Assembly (NCBI GenBank): GCA_038046185.1
Contig: JBBSWR010000144.1
Coordinates: 1 to 44,182 of the forward strand
DNA length: 44,182 nt
Source of the DNA: Nanobdellota archaeon
Lineage (GTDB): Archaea > Nanobdellota > Nanobdellia > Woesearchaeales > GW2011-AR4
Reading direction: 5' to 3'
Part shown: positions 8,969 through 18,500 of the stretch, in pieces
Position numbering within the stretch: the stretch's first letter is position 1
Layout of the letters: each line of letters begins with the position of its first letter
Translations under genes and position numbers: made by a program
Notes under the pieces: model-generated
Told to the model about the DNA's origin: nothing
The model's database searches: none
Seen by the model: only the letters and a program-made list of their open reading frames with translations

Positions 8969-9011
8969 AGTTAGGTTATAGCAAATTGGTGTATGTTTTT
9001 GTATACTGAGA

Positions 9012-9662
9012 TTGGAAACAATAGATAATGTATATTCAACTAAAATGGAACTAGAATTGTTATTTTCAGACCAAAAGTGGAACATTCTAAAATGCCTTTC
9101 AGAGAATAAGTACAGCCCAATTCAGCTTGCTGAAAAACTTAATACAAGTACTGCTAATATAAGCCAGCAAATGAGGCTGCTGGAAGCGGCAAATCTTGTC
9201 AAAAAGGAAAAAATAAAAAATAGGGACAAAGGCAAGCCAAGAACTTTATTTTCCCTGACAGAAGATTATGCTTACTTGATTCCGGCAATGAATGGTTTTG
9301 CGGATAAGAAACTTCTAAAGGTGCAAGATCATCACAAAATTATTTTGAAAATCTGGTTTTTAGAAAATCCGGATTTGCACCCGCAGCTTGAGTACCTATG
9401 CTGGAAGATTGAGCCTTATCTTGCAAATATAGATGCTATTGCTGTTAATAAATCTTCCAAAATTGTAATTATAGTATCAAACAAGAGAGACGAAATCATG
9501 AAAATTGCTGAAAAAAATAAATCAATAAATGTGGAAGTTTTTTCGATAGAAGAAGCTGAAAGTTATTTGAAACACGGTAAAAAGCCCTTATTTTCGATTA
9601 TTGATTTGGCTATAATTCATGACCGCAATAAAATTTTTTCAAAGAAATTAGTGCCTGTATAA
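9012..9662 (+). CDS. ArsR/SmtB-family winged-HTH transcriptional regulator with C-terminal extension
   Basis: KWNILKCLSENKYSPIQLAEKLNTSTANISQQMRLLEAANLVKKEK..GKPRTLFSL is a typical ArsR HTH plus wing. Start is either the TTG at 9012 or the ATG at 9045. A BRE/TATA-like box lies at 8951-8968. Confidence 0.75.
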   Translation: METIDNVYSTKMELELLFSDQKWNILKCLSENKYSPIQLAEKLNTSTANISQQMRLLEAANLVKKEKIKNRDKGKPRTLFSLTEDYAYLIPAMNGFADKKLLKVQDHHKIILKIWFLENPDLHPQLEYLCWKIEPYLANIDAIAVNKSSKIVIIVSNKRDEIMKIAEKNKSINVEVFSIEEAESYLKHGKKPLFSIIDLAIIHDRNKIFSKKLVPV

Positions 9663-9686
9663 AATGTTTGCAATTTATTGAAGAGT

Positions 9687-9753
9687 TGGAATTTTGGCAG
9701 AAAACATCCTAAAACACCTCGAAATGAAGAAAGATGTTCTAAGGCCAAAATTC
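9687..9753. repeat. 67-bp hairpin repeat, copy 1 (upstream of CDS 9804..10550)
   Basis: tggaattttggcagaaaacatcctaaaacacctcgaaatgaagaaagatgttctaaggccaaaattc is identical to 10611..10677. The ends gaattttggc/gccaaaattc are inverted repeats. Confidence 0.9.
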
Positions 9754-9803
9754 CTCTCTTTTTATTTGATCTCAAAAAATAAAGTGCAGGAGGGTAAACG
9801 AAA

Positions 9804-10550
9804 ATGAAAGTGTTAAGCGTAATTGTAGCGATAATTGGTTTGGTTTTACTAAGTTATACGGTATTTGCAGATCCGGTGGGACCTGGAACGGTTCAAGTAC
9901 AAAGTCCTGCTGACAGAAGAACAACAGGTATAGATGCAACAACAGGAATAGGAGTTCAGGCTCAAGCAGGCAACGTGACTGCATTGAACATCAACTCAAC
10001 AAGGCTGACAAGCAGGTGGCAGGGCTACTATGGAAATGTATCAGGGGTGATAACACTAGATGATGCAACTAATAATACATTATACAATTGGCAAATAGCA
10101 AGCCCTCGAGGTGAGATTTATGCAGTAAACCACACCACAACGCCTACATGGGCTAATGTTGAATGCTTTAACTTTACTGATGCCTCGCAAAACGTCACTT
10201 TGGGTGGGCTAGAGAGTTCTATAGGAGCAGCACAAACAGATAGAGACGGTGTGAATGAAACATTTAATCTTACTTACAGCGGTTCATTTAGTGCCGGCAG
10301 TAAAACTATATTAGCAGGAGATGGATGTCCAATAGCATCTTTGTATGTCAGCGATGCTTGGACTGGAACCAAATTCAACGAGACAATATTGTTCGAAAAT
10401 CAGTCAGCTGAAAGAGTGATATATGTAGCGTTGCTTGAGCAGGACCAAACCGGCTTTTCAGGAAGCAGTCTAGACTTTGAGATGTTAGTTGGTGAGAATG
10501 GTGATAGCGTACAGGCAACTAGCTATTACTTTTTCGTAGAGCTGACATAA
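9804..10550 (+). CDS. Secreted hypothetical protein (signal peptide, sequon-rich)
   Basis: GGAGGG lies 8 nt upstream of the ATG. N-terminus MKVLSVIVAIIGLVLLSYTVFADP. The gene is bracketed by identical 67-bp hairpin repeats. Confidence 0.65.
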   Translation: MKVLSVIVAIIGLVLLSYTVFADPVGPGTVQVQSPADRRTTGIDATTGIGVQAQAGNVTALNINSTRLTSRWQGYYGNVSGVITLDDATNNTLYNWQIASPRGEIYAVNHTTTPTWANVECFNFTDASQNVTLGGLESSIGAAQTDRDGVNETFNLTYSGSFSAGSKTILAGDGCPIASLYVSDAWTGTKFNETILFENQSAERVIYVALLEQDQTGFSGSSLDFEMLVGENGDSVQATSYYFFVELT

Positions 10551-10610
10551 GGCTAAAGCAGTAAATGAAACTAGAAGGAGGTAGCCTAAATATAATAATC
10601 AAAACCTGGC

Positions 10611-10677
10611 TGGAATTTTGGCAGAAAACATCCTAAAACACCTCGAAATGAAGAAAGATGTTCTAAGGCCAAAATTC
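10611..10677. repeat. 67-bp hairpin repeat, copy 2 (downstream of CDS 9804..10550)
   Basis: Identical over 67 bp to 9687..9753 by direct reading. Confidence 0.9.
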
Positions 10678-10834
10678 TTTGCCTTAATTTTTGATTAAAA
10701 AAAGTGAAAATGATTTAATATCCAAATCTTGAGCCAAGCTACATCAAATTCATGGAAGAGGTTGCATTTAATCGGCTTTCAAGGCTAAACAAAAATGCCA
10801 AAAAAAGAAAAAACAGTTATTACGTCAGTAAAAA

Positions 10835-10984
10835 ATGGTAGTTAAGGAAGGAAACTGCAAAGTATGTAGCCAAAAATTACACACGAGAGAGAATAGAGAT
10901 AGTACCTTACTAGTCTGCATTAACCCAAGGTGCAATAACTACTGGATAAATCAAGGTTCTGAAATAATCATGATATTAAAATAA
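10835..10984 (+). CDS. Possible small zinc-ribbon protein (49 aa, below the ORF-track cutoff)
   Basis: Hand translation: MVVKEGNCKVCSQKLHTRENRDSTLLVCINPRCNNYWINQGSEIIMILK. It has a CxxC...CxxxxC arrangement and ends 6 nt before the next gene. Confidence 0.3.
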   Translation: MVVKEGNCKVCSQKLHTRENRDSTLLVCINPRCNNYWINQGSEIIMILK

Positions 10985-10990
10985 CTATAC

Positions 10991-11974
10991 ATGATAATAA
11001 AAATTAAAAAAAAAATCTTGCAACTTACAGCATATTTATTAGTTGGTATTCTGTTGGCAATCACACTTTTTTCAGGAGTTTCTTTGATAACAAACAGTGT
11101 GATGGGGCTTAATGTTACTAATCAAACTGTTATAGCAAGAGTTAACGTATCTAATACTGAGCCAACTTTATATGAGGTTAAAATTGACTCTCCTCTGGAT
11201 GCGCAAAGAAATATAGATCTTACCGCTAACACAGTAACAGCAGTAATATGCAATGGTTCGGTATTCGATATTAATGGTTTCCTGGATATTAAAAATGTAA
11301 CAGCTACACTTTATGACATTTCAGTTGCTTCAAATGCGCTTGATGATAATAATACCCATTACACAAACTCGACTTGCGGCAATTGCACTTCTATTCCCGG
11401 AACAAACAATCAAAACGCAAGCTGCTTGTGCCAATTTCCTGTTCAATATTATGCTAATTCGGCTAACTGGCAGTGCAATATGACAGTCAATGACAGCGGA
11501 GGATTATCAAGCAATAGGAACTCCAGTTTTTTTAACCTGAATGAAGTTGTGGGCATAAATGTTGAAAATCCTGTTCTAGATTATGGAAATATGTCTGTAT
11601 CGCAAACATCTAATTATATAAGGCAAAATATCACGAATGGGGGCAATATCCCAATAAATGTTACTCTAAGAGGTTATGGCGGAGATAATGAAAGCATCGG
11701 GCAGAACGTAACAATGATATGCGAATCAGGCACAAACATAACATTTGGCAATCAAAGATTTTATCCCGGCAATAACTTGGCATTTGGTGAAATGTATAAT
11801 CTTACAAACCAGACAAGGCAGATATTTAATTTAACAATACCCCAAAGAACAAATGACCGCAGTTTTGGAAATAGCAGCAACTCTTCATTTTGGAAACTTC
11901 AGGTGCCATTAGGCGCAAGCGGCGTCTGCAACGGCACAATAATCTTTGGGGCTATTGATGCGACTTTAACTTAA
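10991..11974 (+). CDS. Secreted/surface sequon-rich protein, paralog of the 1..1193 product
   Basis: N-terminal anchor LQLTAYLLVGILLAITLFSGV. Blocks shared with ORF 1..1193: DDNN.HYTN..C, YYAN...WQCN, VLDYGN, LTIPQRTNDRSFGNSSNSSFWKLQVP..GVCNGTIIFGAI. Confidence 0.7.
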   Translation: MIIKIKKKILQLTAYLLVGILLAITLFSGVSLITNSVMGLNVTNQTVIARVNVSNTEPTLYEVKIDSPLDAQRNIDLTANTVTAVICNGSVFDINGFLDIKNVTATLYDISVASNALDDNNTHYTNSTCGNCTSIPGTNNQNASCLCQFPVQYYANSANWQCNMTVNDSGGLSSNRNSSFFNLNEVVGINVENPVLDYGNMSVSQTSNYIRQNITNGGNIPINVTLRGYGGDNESIGQNVTMICESGTNITFGNQRFYPGNNLAFGEMYNLTNQTRQIFNLTIPQRTNDRSFGNSSNSSFWKLQVPLGASGVCNGTIIFGAIDATLT

Positions 11975-12016
11975 TACGGCAAAAGATTTATAAGCAATAA
12001 CGGAACTTACGCATTG

Positions 12017-12568
12017 ATGAGAATCTTTAGTTTTGTTGCAGGAATTATTGCTCTGTTTCTGATAACTTTGATTGCCGGATGCGGGAATAAGCCCACAGAT
12101 GATACCGGCAGCATTAGCCAGAAACTCATATTCAGGAGCGAAAATTATGGGTTTTCTTTTGAGTATCCAAGCGGAATGGAAGAGATTACTAAAGATTTGC
12201 CGGACAGGTGGGCATTATTAGACAACAGGAAAAATACCATATTATTTATGGTGAGCAAACCAAAAGTGAAAGATACACTGGCAGCAGGAAGGTTGCAAGC
12301 ATTGAGGGATTTCTATAATGATGATAATATTTCGAATTTGAAAGAAGAAGATGTTAAAAAAGTTTTTAGCGTTGTCAAATTGGAAAACTTCAATAATGAA
12401 ACATGGTATACTTATGGAATAAATTTTAATGACAAAAATGCTGATTCGCTGGTTTCCGGGATTTTATGCGATGATAACGAAATTATACTTGTGGTTGTGA
12501 GCGAGTCTTCGCATTTCGAGCAAAATAAGCTAACTTATATTAACCTGCTTAATAGTTTTAAATGTTAA
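12017..12568 (+). CDS. Putative lipoprotein
   Basis: MRIFSFVAGIIALFLITLIAGCGNK contains a lipobox-like L-I-A-G-C after a hydrophobic helix. Confidence 0.6.
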   Translation: MRIFSFVAGIIALFLITLIAGCGNKPTDDTGSISQKLIFRSENYGFSFEYPSGMEEITKDLPDRWALLDNRKNTILFMVSKPKVKDTLAAGRLQALRDFYNDDNISNLKEEDVKKVFSVVKLENFNNETWYTYGINFNDKNADSLVSGILCDDNEIILVVVSESSHFEQNKLTYINLLNSFKC

Positions 12569-12580
12569 AAAAGGGAAACA

Positions 12581-13765
12581 ATGAATGTAATAGTTTTTTT
12601 GAATGCTGCGGCATATTTGGCAGTTTCATTGGTATCTTTTTATGTCTATTACTTTTTTTTAAAAAAGGGAGAAATTTTGTATAAGATTGGAACTATCCTG
12701 GGGGTAATTGGAATTTTCTATCTGTTAATGTCTTCCTTAAATTTCTTCTGGGTTTTTAATGTACTAGAGCCTAATGATAAGGATTTTATTCTTATGAGCA
12801 TGATTTTAACTGTTTTAAGCGCCATGCTAATATTATACATTGTATATAAACTTACAAATAACAAGAAATTAATTTACTTGCTTGTTCTTTTTATAACTAC
12901 TATTTTTGCCATTAACTATAGTTTTAAGGCGTTTTTTATAATTACCGTGGGCATCTCTTATTTGCTTATGATTTTAGTTTTTCTTGACTTAGTTTTATTC
13001 TCAAATTTCTATTTAAGATTAGCTGGCTACTCAGGCCTGTCCTATGCGATAATCTCCATATTCCTCTCCGCCCTTATCTATCTAGGAAAAATATCCTATA
13101 AGTTGTATTGGTTTTTACCTACGACTTTGATGTTTTTTGTATTCTTATTGATTTATCTCGATATTAAAAAAATAGGAGTAATAAAAGAAAGCCCAAAACG
13201 AAAAAAACCTAATTTGTTTTTATCATACACTGCCGTCTTAATCAAGTTTTTAATATTTATTACTTCAATAAGCGCGTTCATTTTTATAAGTACTATTTCT
13301 GTACATGAGCTTGGTCATGCTTATCTGGCCCAGTATTATGGCTGTAATCAGTTTAAAGCTGTGATTTATGACATAATAGCTCCGCATACAGAGATTAGAT
13401 GCGATGTTTATTATAATAATACGGCGCTGACATTAGCGGGCCTTGCAGCAACTATAGCAGTTGCTTTGATATTTATGCTGACTGGGAGCCAATTCACAAA
13501 AGGCGTGGCTTATTTGCTGTTTGGTTTCGGATTTTTGGTGTCTTATGGCGATCTAATTGATCTTGGAATTTCTAAGAATCTTATTACAACCACTATTTTG
13601 ATGGGATTGGTGATTACAATATTGGCCGTAGTCAACACATCTAATTACTATTTAAAGGAGCAAGAAATATTTAAAAACGGACTTAATAATGGATTCAAAC
13701 TGCTTGCGGAAGGCCACCCGCACGTCAGTAAAATTTTAACTTATGAACCTAAAAGTGCAAAATGA
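12581..13765 (+). CDS. Polytopic membrane zinc metalloprotease (site-2 protease / M50-like)
   Basis: Many hydrophobic helices. The HExxH motif is embedded in a membrane segment (ISVHELGHAYLAQYYG), as in M50-type intramembrane proteases. Confidence 0.6.
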   Translation: MNVIVFLNAAAYLAVSLVSFYVYYFFLKKGEILYKIGTILGVIGIFYLLMSSLNFFWVFNVLEPNDKDFILMSMILTVLSAMLILYIVYKLTNNKKLIYLLVLFITTIFAINYSFKAFFIITVGISYLLMILVFLDLVLFSNFYLRLAGYSGLSYAIISIFLSALIYLGKISYKLYWFLPTTLMFFVFLLIYLDIKKIGVIKESPKRKKPNLFLSYTAVLIKFLIFITSISAFIFISTISVHELGHAYLAQYYGCNQFKAVIYDIIAPHTEIRCDVYYNNTALTLAGLAATIAVALIFMLTGSQFTKGVAYLLFGFGFLVSYGDLIDLGISKNLITTTILMGLVITILAVVNTSNYYLKEQEIFKNGLNNGFKLLAEGHPHVSKILTYEPKSAK

Positions 13766-14073
13766 TGGACGACAAAGCAAAATTTTATAAAGGTGTTTTA
13801 GTGAAAAACTTAAAACTTGTGCTGATTGTTGTTTTGGCTGCTGTATTATTGCTTCTTTTTACAATAGACGGCTACACCAAAAACAATATATCATTTAAAA
13901 TAGAAGATAAGTGCGGAAAATTCATTAACTTGCTCTCCCACACTGTTGAAGACGAAAATGCCTGTAAAGTAAGATGCAACTCACAATGCCAATCTCTTAA
14001 TTATAAATTTAGAAGAACCGATTTCACTAAAAATGAAAGTAATTGCAATTCTTGCATATGTTATTGTGGTTGA
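13762..14073 (+). CDS. Small membrane-anchored cysteine-rich protein
   Basis: ATGA start/stop overlap with the upstream gene. TM helix LVLIVVLAAVLLLLF. The C-terminal half has about 10 Cys (..CKVRCNSQCQS..CNSCICYCG). Confidence 0.5.
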   Translation: MMDDKAKFYKGVLVKNLKLVLIVVLAAVLLLLFTIDGYTKNNISFKIEDKCGKFINLLSHTVEDENACKVRCNSQCQSLNYKFRRTDFTKNESNCNSCICYCG

Positions 14074-14075
14074 GA

Positions 14076-14321
14076 ATGGATGAAGAAGAAATCAATAACT
14101 GGTATGAAGAGCAGAAGCAGAAATGTATGGACGAGTACCTTTCTGAAATAGAAAAAAATAAATTGCATGAAGAAGCTGAAAGAAAATACGAAGAAAAGCT
14201 GAGTAAGATTATGGAAAAATACAGCAAATTAATGGAGAAATTTATACAGGATAATACTGTTACAAAGGCGACATTTTTTTCTAAAATAAAGGATAAAATT
14301 AAATTGCTTGGAAGAAAATGA
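14076..14321 (+). CDS. Small charged coiled-coil protein
   Basis: ATG at 14076 (MDEEEINNWYEEQKQKCMDEYL...). It is E/K-rich and sits in an operon context. Confidence 0.45.
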   Translation: MDEEEINNWYEEQKQKCMDEYLSEIEKNKLHEEAERKYEEKLSKIMEKYSKLMEKFIQDNTVTKATFFSKIKDKIKLLGRK

Positions 14322-14656
14322 AATCAAGAATAACATCAATTTTGATGGCTTTTCTAGTGGTCTCTGCTGTATTAATCAGTGGCTGCAGCGGCATTACTCA
14401 AACCCAGGCAGAAGCAAAAGCATTGGAGTTTGTAAATCAAAATGTAAAATTTTTTGCTAAGGTAGAGAATTCAACATTAAATCTGCCTCAATATAATGTT
14501 AGCAGCGTTAATAGTCATCAGGAAAATAAAAACTGGGTTGTTATCGTTCACATATTTGCAGAGCTGGATAATAGCACTAAGAAGAATGATTTAGTTATAA
14601 AGTTGAACAGCAAGGGCGATATAACAGAGTTTAATGGCAAAAAAGTGCCAGAATGA
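14318..14656 (+). CDS. Putative lipoprotein
   Basis: ATGA overlap with the upstream gene. ILMAFLVVSAVLISGCSG has a lipobox-like sequence. Confidence 0.55.
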   Translation: MKSRITSILMAFLVVSAVLISGCSGITQTQAEAKALEFVNQNVKFFAKVENSTLNLPQYNVSSVNSHQENKNWVVIVHIFAELDNSTKKNDLVIKLNSKGDITEFNGKKVPE

Positions 14657-14945
14657 AAGTTTTACTGCGCTTTTTTTCTGTCAAAAACACCCATCCAAAT
14701 AGATGGCACGTTTGCTTATTTTAACCATGGTGTGGTTTTTTTGTGAAATGTGAGTGAGTCACTTATTTATGAGAGTGTTCGCAAGCTCACACTCAAATTC
14801 ACGAGCCTCACAAGCAACATGAACTCACCCACCATTTGACCGATTTCCAATATTTGAGCGCACAAAATTCCATGCTATGTTCGCTTGCACTTAAACCACT
14901 TACCATAGAATAAGTGGAATTTTGTTCTTTGAATAAATTACTATA

Positions 14946-14989
14946 AGATTACCAACAGATTACATATAGCTTACCAATAACTTACTAGT
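14946..14989 (+). promoter_or_regulatory. Four tandem 11-bp repeats centred on TTAC; candidate operator array
   Basis: TTAC occurs at 14949, 14960, 14971 and 14982, exactly 11 bp apart. Two more lie at 15053 and 15064, just before the RHH start codon. Confidence 0.45.
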
Positions 14990-15001
14990 CGGTGAATAAA
15001 A

Positions 15002-15017
15002 ACGAAAGATTTATATA
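15002..15017 (+). promoter_or_regulatory. BRE/TATA-like promoter box of locus copy 1 (RHH pair + giant gene)
   Basis: acgaaagatttatata ends 52 bp upstream of the ATG at 15070. Confidence 0.55.
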
Positions 15018-15069
15018 AGACTTAGAAGTAAGTATATTATCATACAAACATCTTACTAAAAGATTACAA

Positions 15070-15240
15070 ATGAATGACATAGAGATACTTAACGTAAGAT
15101 TGCCATCTGAGATAGTTCAATGGCTTGATTCCTTAGTAGAGAAAGGAATATACAACAGCAGATCCGAGGCTATAAGGGAATTCTGTAGAGAACATATAGC
15201 ACAGTTTAAAGACAATACCGGAGTTGATAACAGTGCATGA
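15070..15240 (+). CDS. Ribbon-helix-helix (CopG/Arc-like) DNA-binding protein, 56 aa (below ORF-track cutoff)
   Basis: Hand translation: MNDIEILNVRLPSEIVQWLDSLVEKGIYNSRSEAIREFCREHIAQFKDNTGVDNSA. It shows the beta-strand (LNVRLP) plus two-helix pattern of RHH proteins. BRE/TATA lies at 15002-15017. Confidence 0.65.
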   Translation: MNDIEILNVRLPSEIVQWLDSLVEKGIYNSRSEAIREFCREHIAQFKDNTGVDNSA

Positions 15241-15244
15241 TGTC

Positions 15245-15520
15245 ATGGTCAGTGTTAGAATGCCTAAATCTTTAGTTTCTAGACTTAAGGAATTAGCTAA
15301 AACTCAACATTTCTTGGATTTAAGCGAAGAAGTGAGGGGCATTATAAGAAAAAAGTGGAGTTTCCACGCTAATCCTGAGCTTTTTGAGATAAAAAAATTG
15401 AGAGAAGGCATAGAACGGGAGATAAGGCAAAAAAGCGTCAAAAGAATTCATGAAGAGGTCTCTAAAGAGCTTGACAAGATTAAATCGCAATTAAAAAAGG
15501 GTGATTGGATAAATGAATAA
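15245..15520 (+). CDS. Ribbon-helix-helix DNA-binding protein with charged C-terminal helix
   Basis: MVSVRMPKSLVSRLKELAKTQHFLDLSEEVRGIIRKK fits the RHH pattern. The track starts it at a TTG at 15224. Its stop lies inside the ATGAATAA that starts the next gene. Confidence 0.6.
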   Translation: MVSVRMPKSLVSRLKELAKTQHFLDLSEEVRGIIRKKWSFHANPELFEIKKLREGIEREIRQKSVKRIHEEVSKELDKIKSQLKKGDWINE

Positions 15521-18500
15521 AGCCGGTAATAAACAAAGTGAAAAAAAATTAATGTTTCATATCATTCTACTTATACTTATATTATGCTTCTGGTTAATTT
15601 TTGCTTTAGCAGTTAAGGCATATCAGAATGAAAAAGGAATTTATCTGAGCATAGATAATTTGGAGCTAAACCAGCAAGATGTTATTTTTGACTTAGACAA
15701 TGTCAATTCTGGCTTGCATAGCAAAAATAAAACAATCTTTTTGAATTTAAAATATGGTGATGATATAAATTACGATAAAGATAATGATGGCATAGAAAAA
15801 ATAAACGGGGTTATAGATTTTGTTGCTGATGCAAAGTTTAATTGGGATGTTTATGAGGATAAGCTTTGCGCCAGATGGGAAATATATTCAATAGAAAAAA
15901 ACAGCTTAACTGCAATTTGTTATGGCAGCCAAAAATGCTGCGGGTTCGTAAGTCTTGACTCAACAAGGGAAAATTGGAGTACCCCTTTATATTTAACATA
16001 TGGTATGCACGATGCTTCTGAAAATAATATTATAAGTGCCCAAGTTATATATGTTGACTATAACTTAAGCAGAGAAAGGCCTTATTCAGAAATATATTAC
16101 TCGCGATGGAGCAGTTTAACAGCGAGGTTTGAAGAAAGCATTGGCTCAGTTAAAAACATTAGCATGGAAGAAGCGCTGAGAAGTGTTGATAAGATAAGAA
16201 GAAATAATACACAAATCAAAAAAATAGACTTAAAAGACAAATATGGTAATGAATTAAGAGAATTGAGCCAAGGCAAGAACGCCAGTATGGTGTTTAGTGT
16301 TGCTCATAGTAAGGTGAATGATAATTCAACCAGCCGCTTGTCCAGGCAAAATGTAAATAACGAAATAATAGTATCTTTGAACGATTTCAACGCATCAAAT
16401 GCAGACTGGGACAGCAGCAAAAACATCAAGATAAAAACAGAGAATATAGGTTTAGAAGATTCGCTGAAGCAATATGGCATGGATACCAAGGCAATCGTCT
16501 CCGTTCAGGGAGTTGACGATTTCATATCCGATAAAAACTACTATGGCACTGTCAAATTTAACATATCTGACGTTTTCAATGTTGTAATATACTGCCCGGA
16601 CGACAAAATCGGCTCTTGCAGATATGCGCAAGAATGCATTAATGGTTTTAAGGGCGTTGAATGCTATGTTAAAAATCTAAGCTCATTGATAATCTATGTG
16701 CCTCATTTCTCTTCCATAATCCTTGGATTAGACAACAGAACGGCAAATCTTACAATAAAAAGCCCTGAAAACTCAAGCGTTCTGCAAAGCGGAGAAAATA
16801 TATACCTAAATTTTACAATAAATGAGACTGTAAATGCAAATTATTCCCTGGATGCAAAACCATTTATTAATTTAGGCAATGAAGCATCGTTCAGCGGCTT
16901 GCTTAATGGCAGTATAAATTACGGAATCTTGGAAAATGGTGCGCATAATATTTCAATTAATATACGGGACATTTTCGGAAATAAAGCCATTATAAATTAT
17001 TCTTTTTGGGTTAATGATACAGCGGCACCTAATGTTTTATTAAATATAACAAACAATACGGCATTCAGCGGAACGAGCGGGTTGATTTCTGCCAGCTTTA
17101 ATTCCAGCGAATACTCTACTTTAAGCTATAAAATAAACAACAATAATTTCTCAAATCCAATCGACCTAGGCGCAAATAAATACAAAATTATGAATATAAC
17201 ATTCTCGGGCGGGGTAAACAACCTGACAATTAATGCTTCAGATTTCCATAATAATGGCAATTTGAACTATTTTAGCTTCAATTTTACACTCTTTCAACAG
17301 CCTTCTTGTTCAGATGCATTGCAAAATGGGGATGAAACTGGAGTTGATTGTGGCGGGGGGTGCGGAACTTGCATAAATTTCAGTGTTGCGACTGATAGGG
17401 AATCTTATAATCTGACGGATAATGTCTTTGTAACTGTTATAGCACGAGCAAATTCCACAGTCAATTTGACAATAATACGGCAAGACTTAGTTGCTTATAG
17501 GCACACTTTCATTCCTGTATTCAGCGGCGCACCTGTTGCTGAAACAAGAATAATTTCAAACACTAGCAATGCAGGAAATTATACAATCAATGCTACTCTG
17601 TACTATTTGAACATAACTCAATATATAAACAGGACATTTGAAATATTGCCTCCAGTGGCGAGCCCTATTGCTGTTACAATTATGCCTAACGCAACAACAA
17701 TAAAGGAAGGAAATCCCGTATTCTTTGCCTCAAGCGTATCAGGCAATAATAGTGCAGTTTCTTATAAATGGGATTTCCAAAATGATGGCGTTATAGACAG
17801 CACCAGCGATAGCCAAGTTTTCACATATGCATCAAATGGAACCTATACCGTAAATCTGACTGTAAGCGACTCAAAGTGGAACCAAACCGATTTAGAGACA
17901 ATTTATGTTAAAAAAGTGTATAATGTTACAGTGATAGTTAGGGATAACTCTACTTCTTCTGCTATCCAAAATGCAGAAATCTGGCTTGAGGACGAAATCA
18001 GAAATACAACTGGTTCAGGGACTGCTGATTATTCAAACATAGCTGGGTTTTACAGGTTGATGGTCAAAAAACCCGGCTATGCACAATTTTCAAATAAAAC
18101 AGAAATAAATGGCAATTCATTGCTCGAAGTCGTCTTGATAGAAGATGACAATTTGCCTCCGATAATACAGCTCATTAGTCCGACAGACAAATCAACAATT
18201 TCCAATGGCATAATTTCCTTTGTGTATAGAGCCTTAGACAAATCCCTCTTAAGCTGTACATTATACACAAAAATGAATTCAAGCGAGTGGAAAATATCTG
18301 GCGTTGATTCAAATCTGCAAAGCAATGCAGAGAACTCATTTACTATCAGCGGATTGAAAAATACAACATACGAGTGGAAAATAGGCTGCATAGACGCTGG
18401 AAGCAATTCGAATTATAGTGAAATATACTCGTTTACAGTTGACGCATCTTTAATAGAAAATCAGCTTTCTATCGATTTAAATGAGGAAGATAAGAATTCT

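Noticed and set aside
8418-9011. Replication-origin interpretation of the hairpin-rich gap.
   Set aside because: There are no ORB-like repeated boxes flanking an AT-rich unwinding element, and no orc1/cdc6 gene nearby.
15070-15520. Toxin-antitoxin interpretation of the RHH gene pairs (also 25270..25558).
   Set aside because: No toxin-like partner (RelE, ParE, VapC etc.) follows. Both pairs are translationally coupled to giant surface-protein genes, so transcriptional regulators are more likely.
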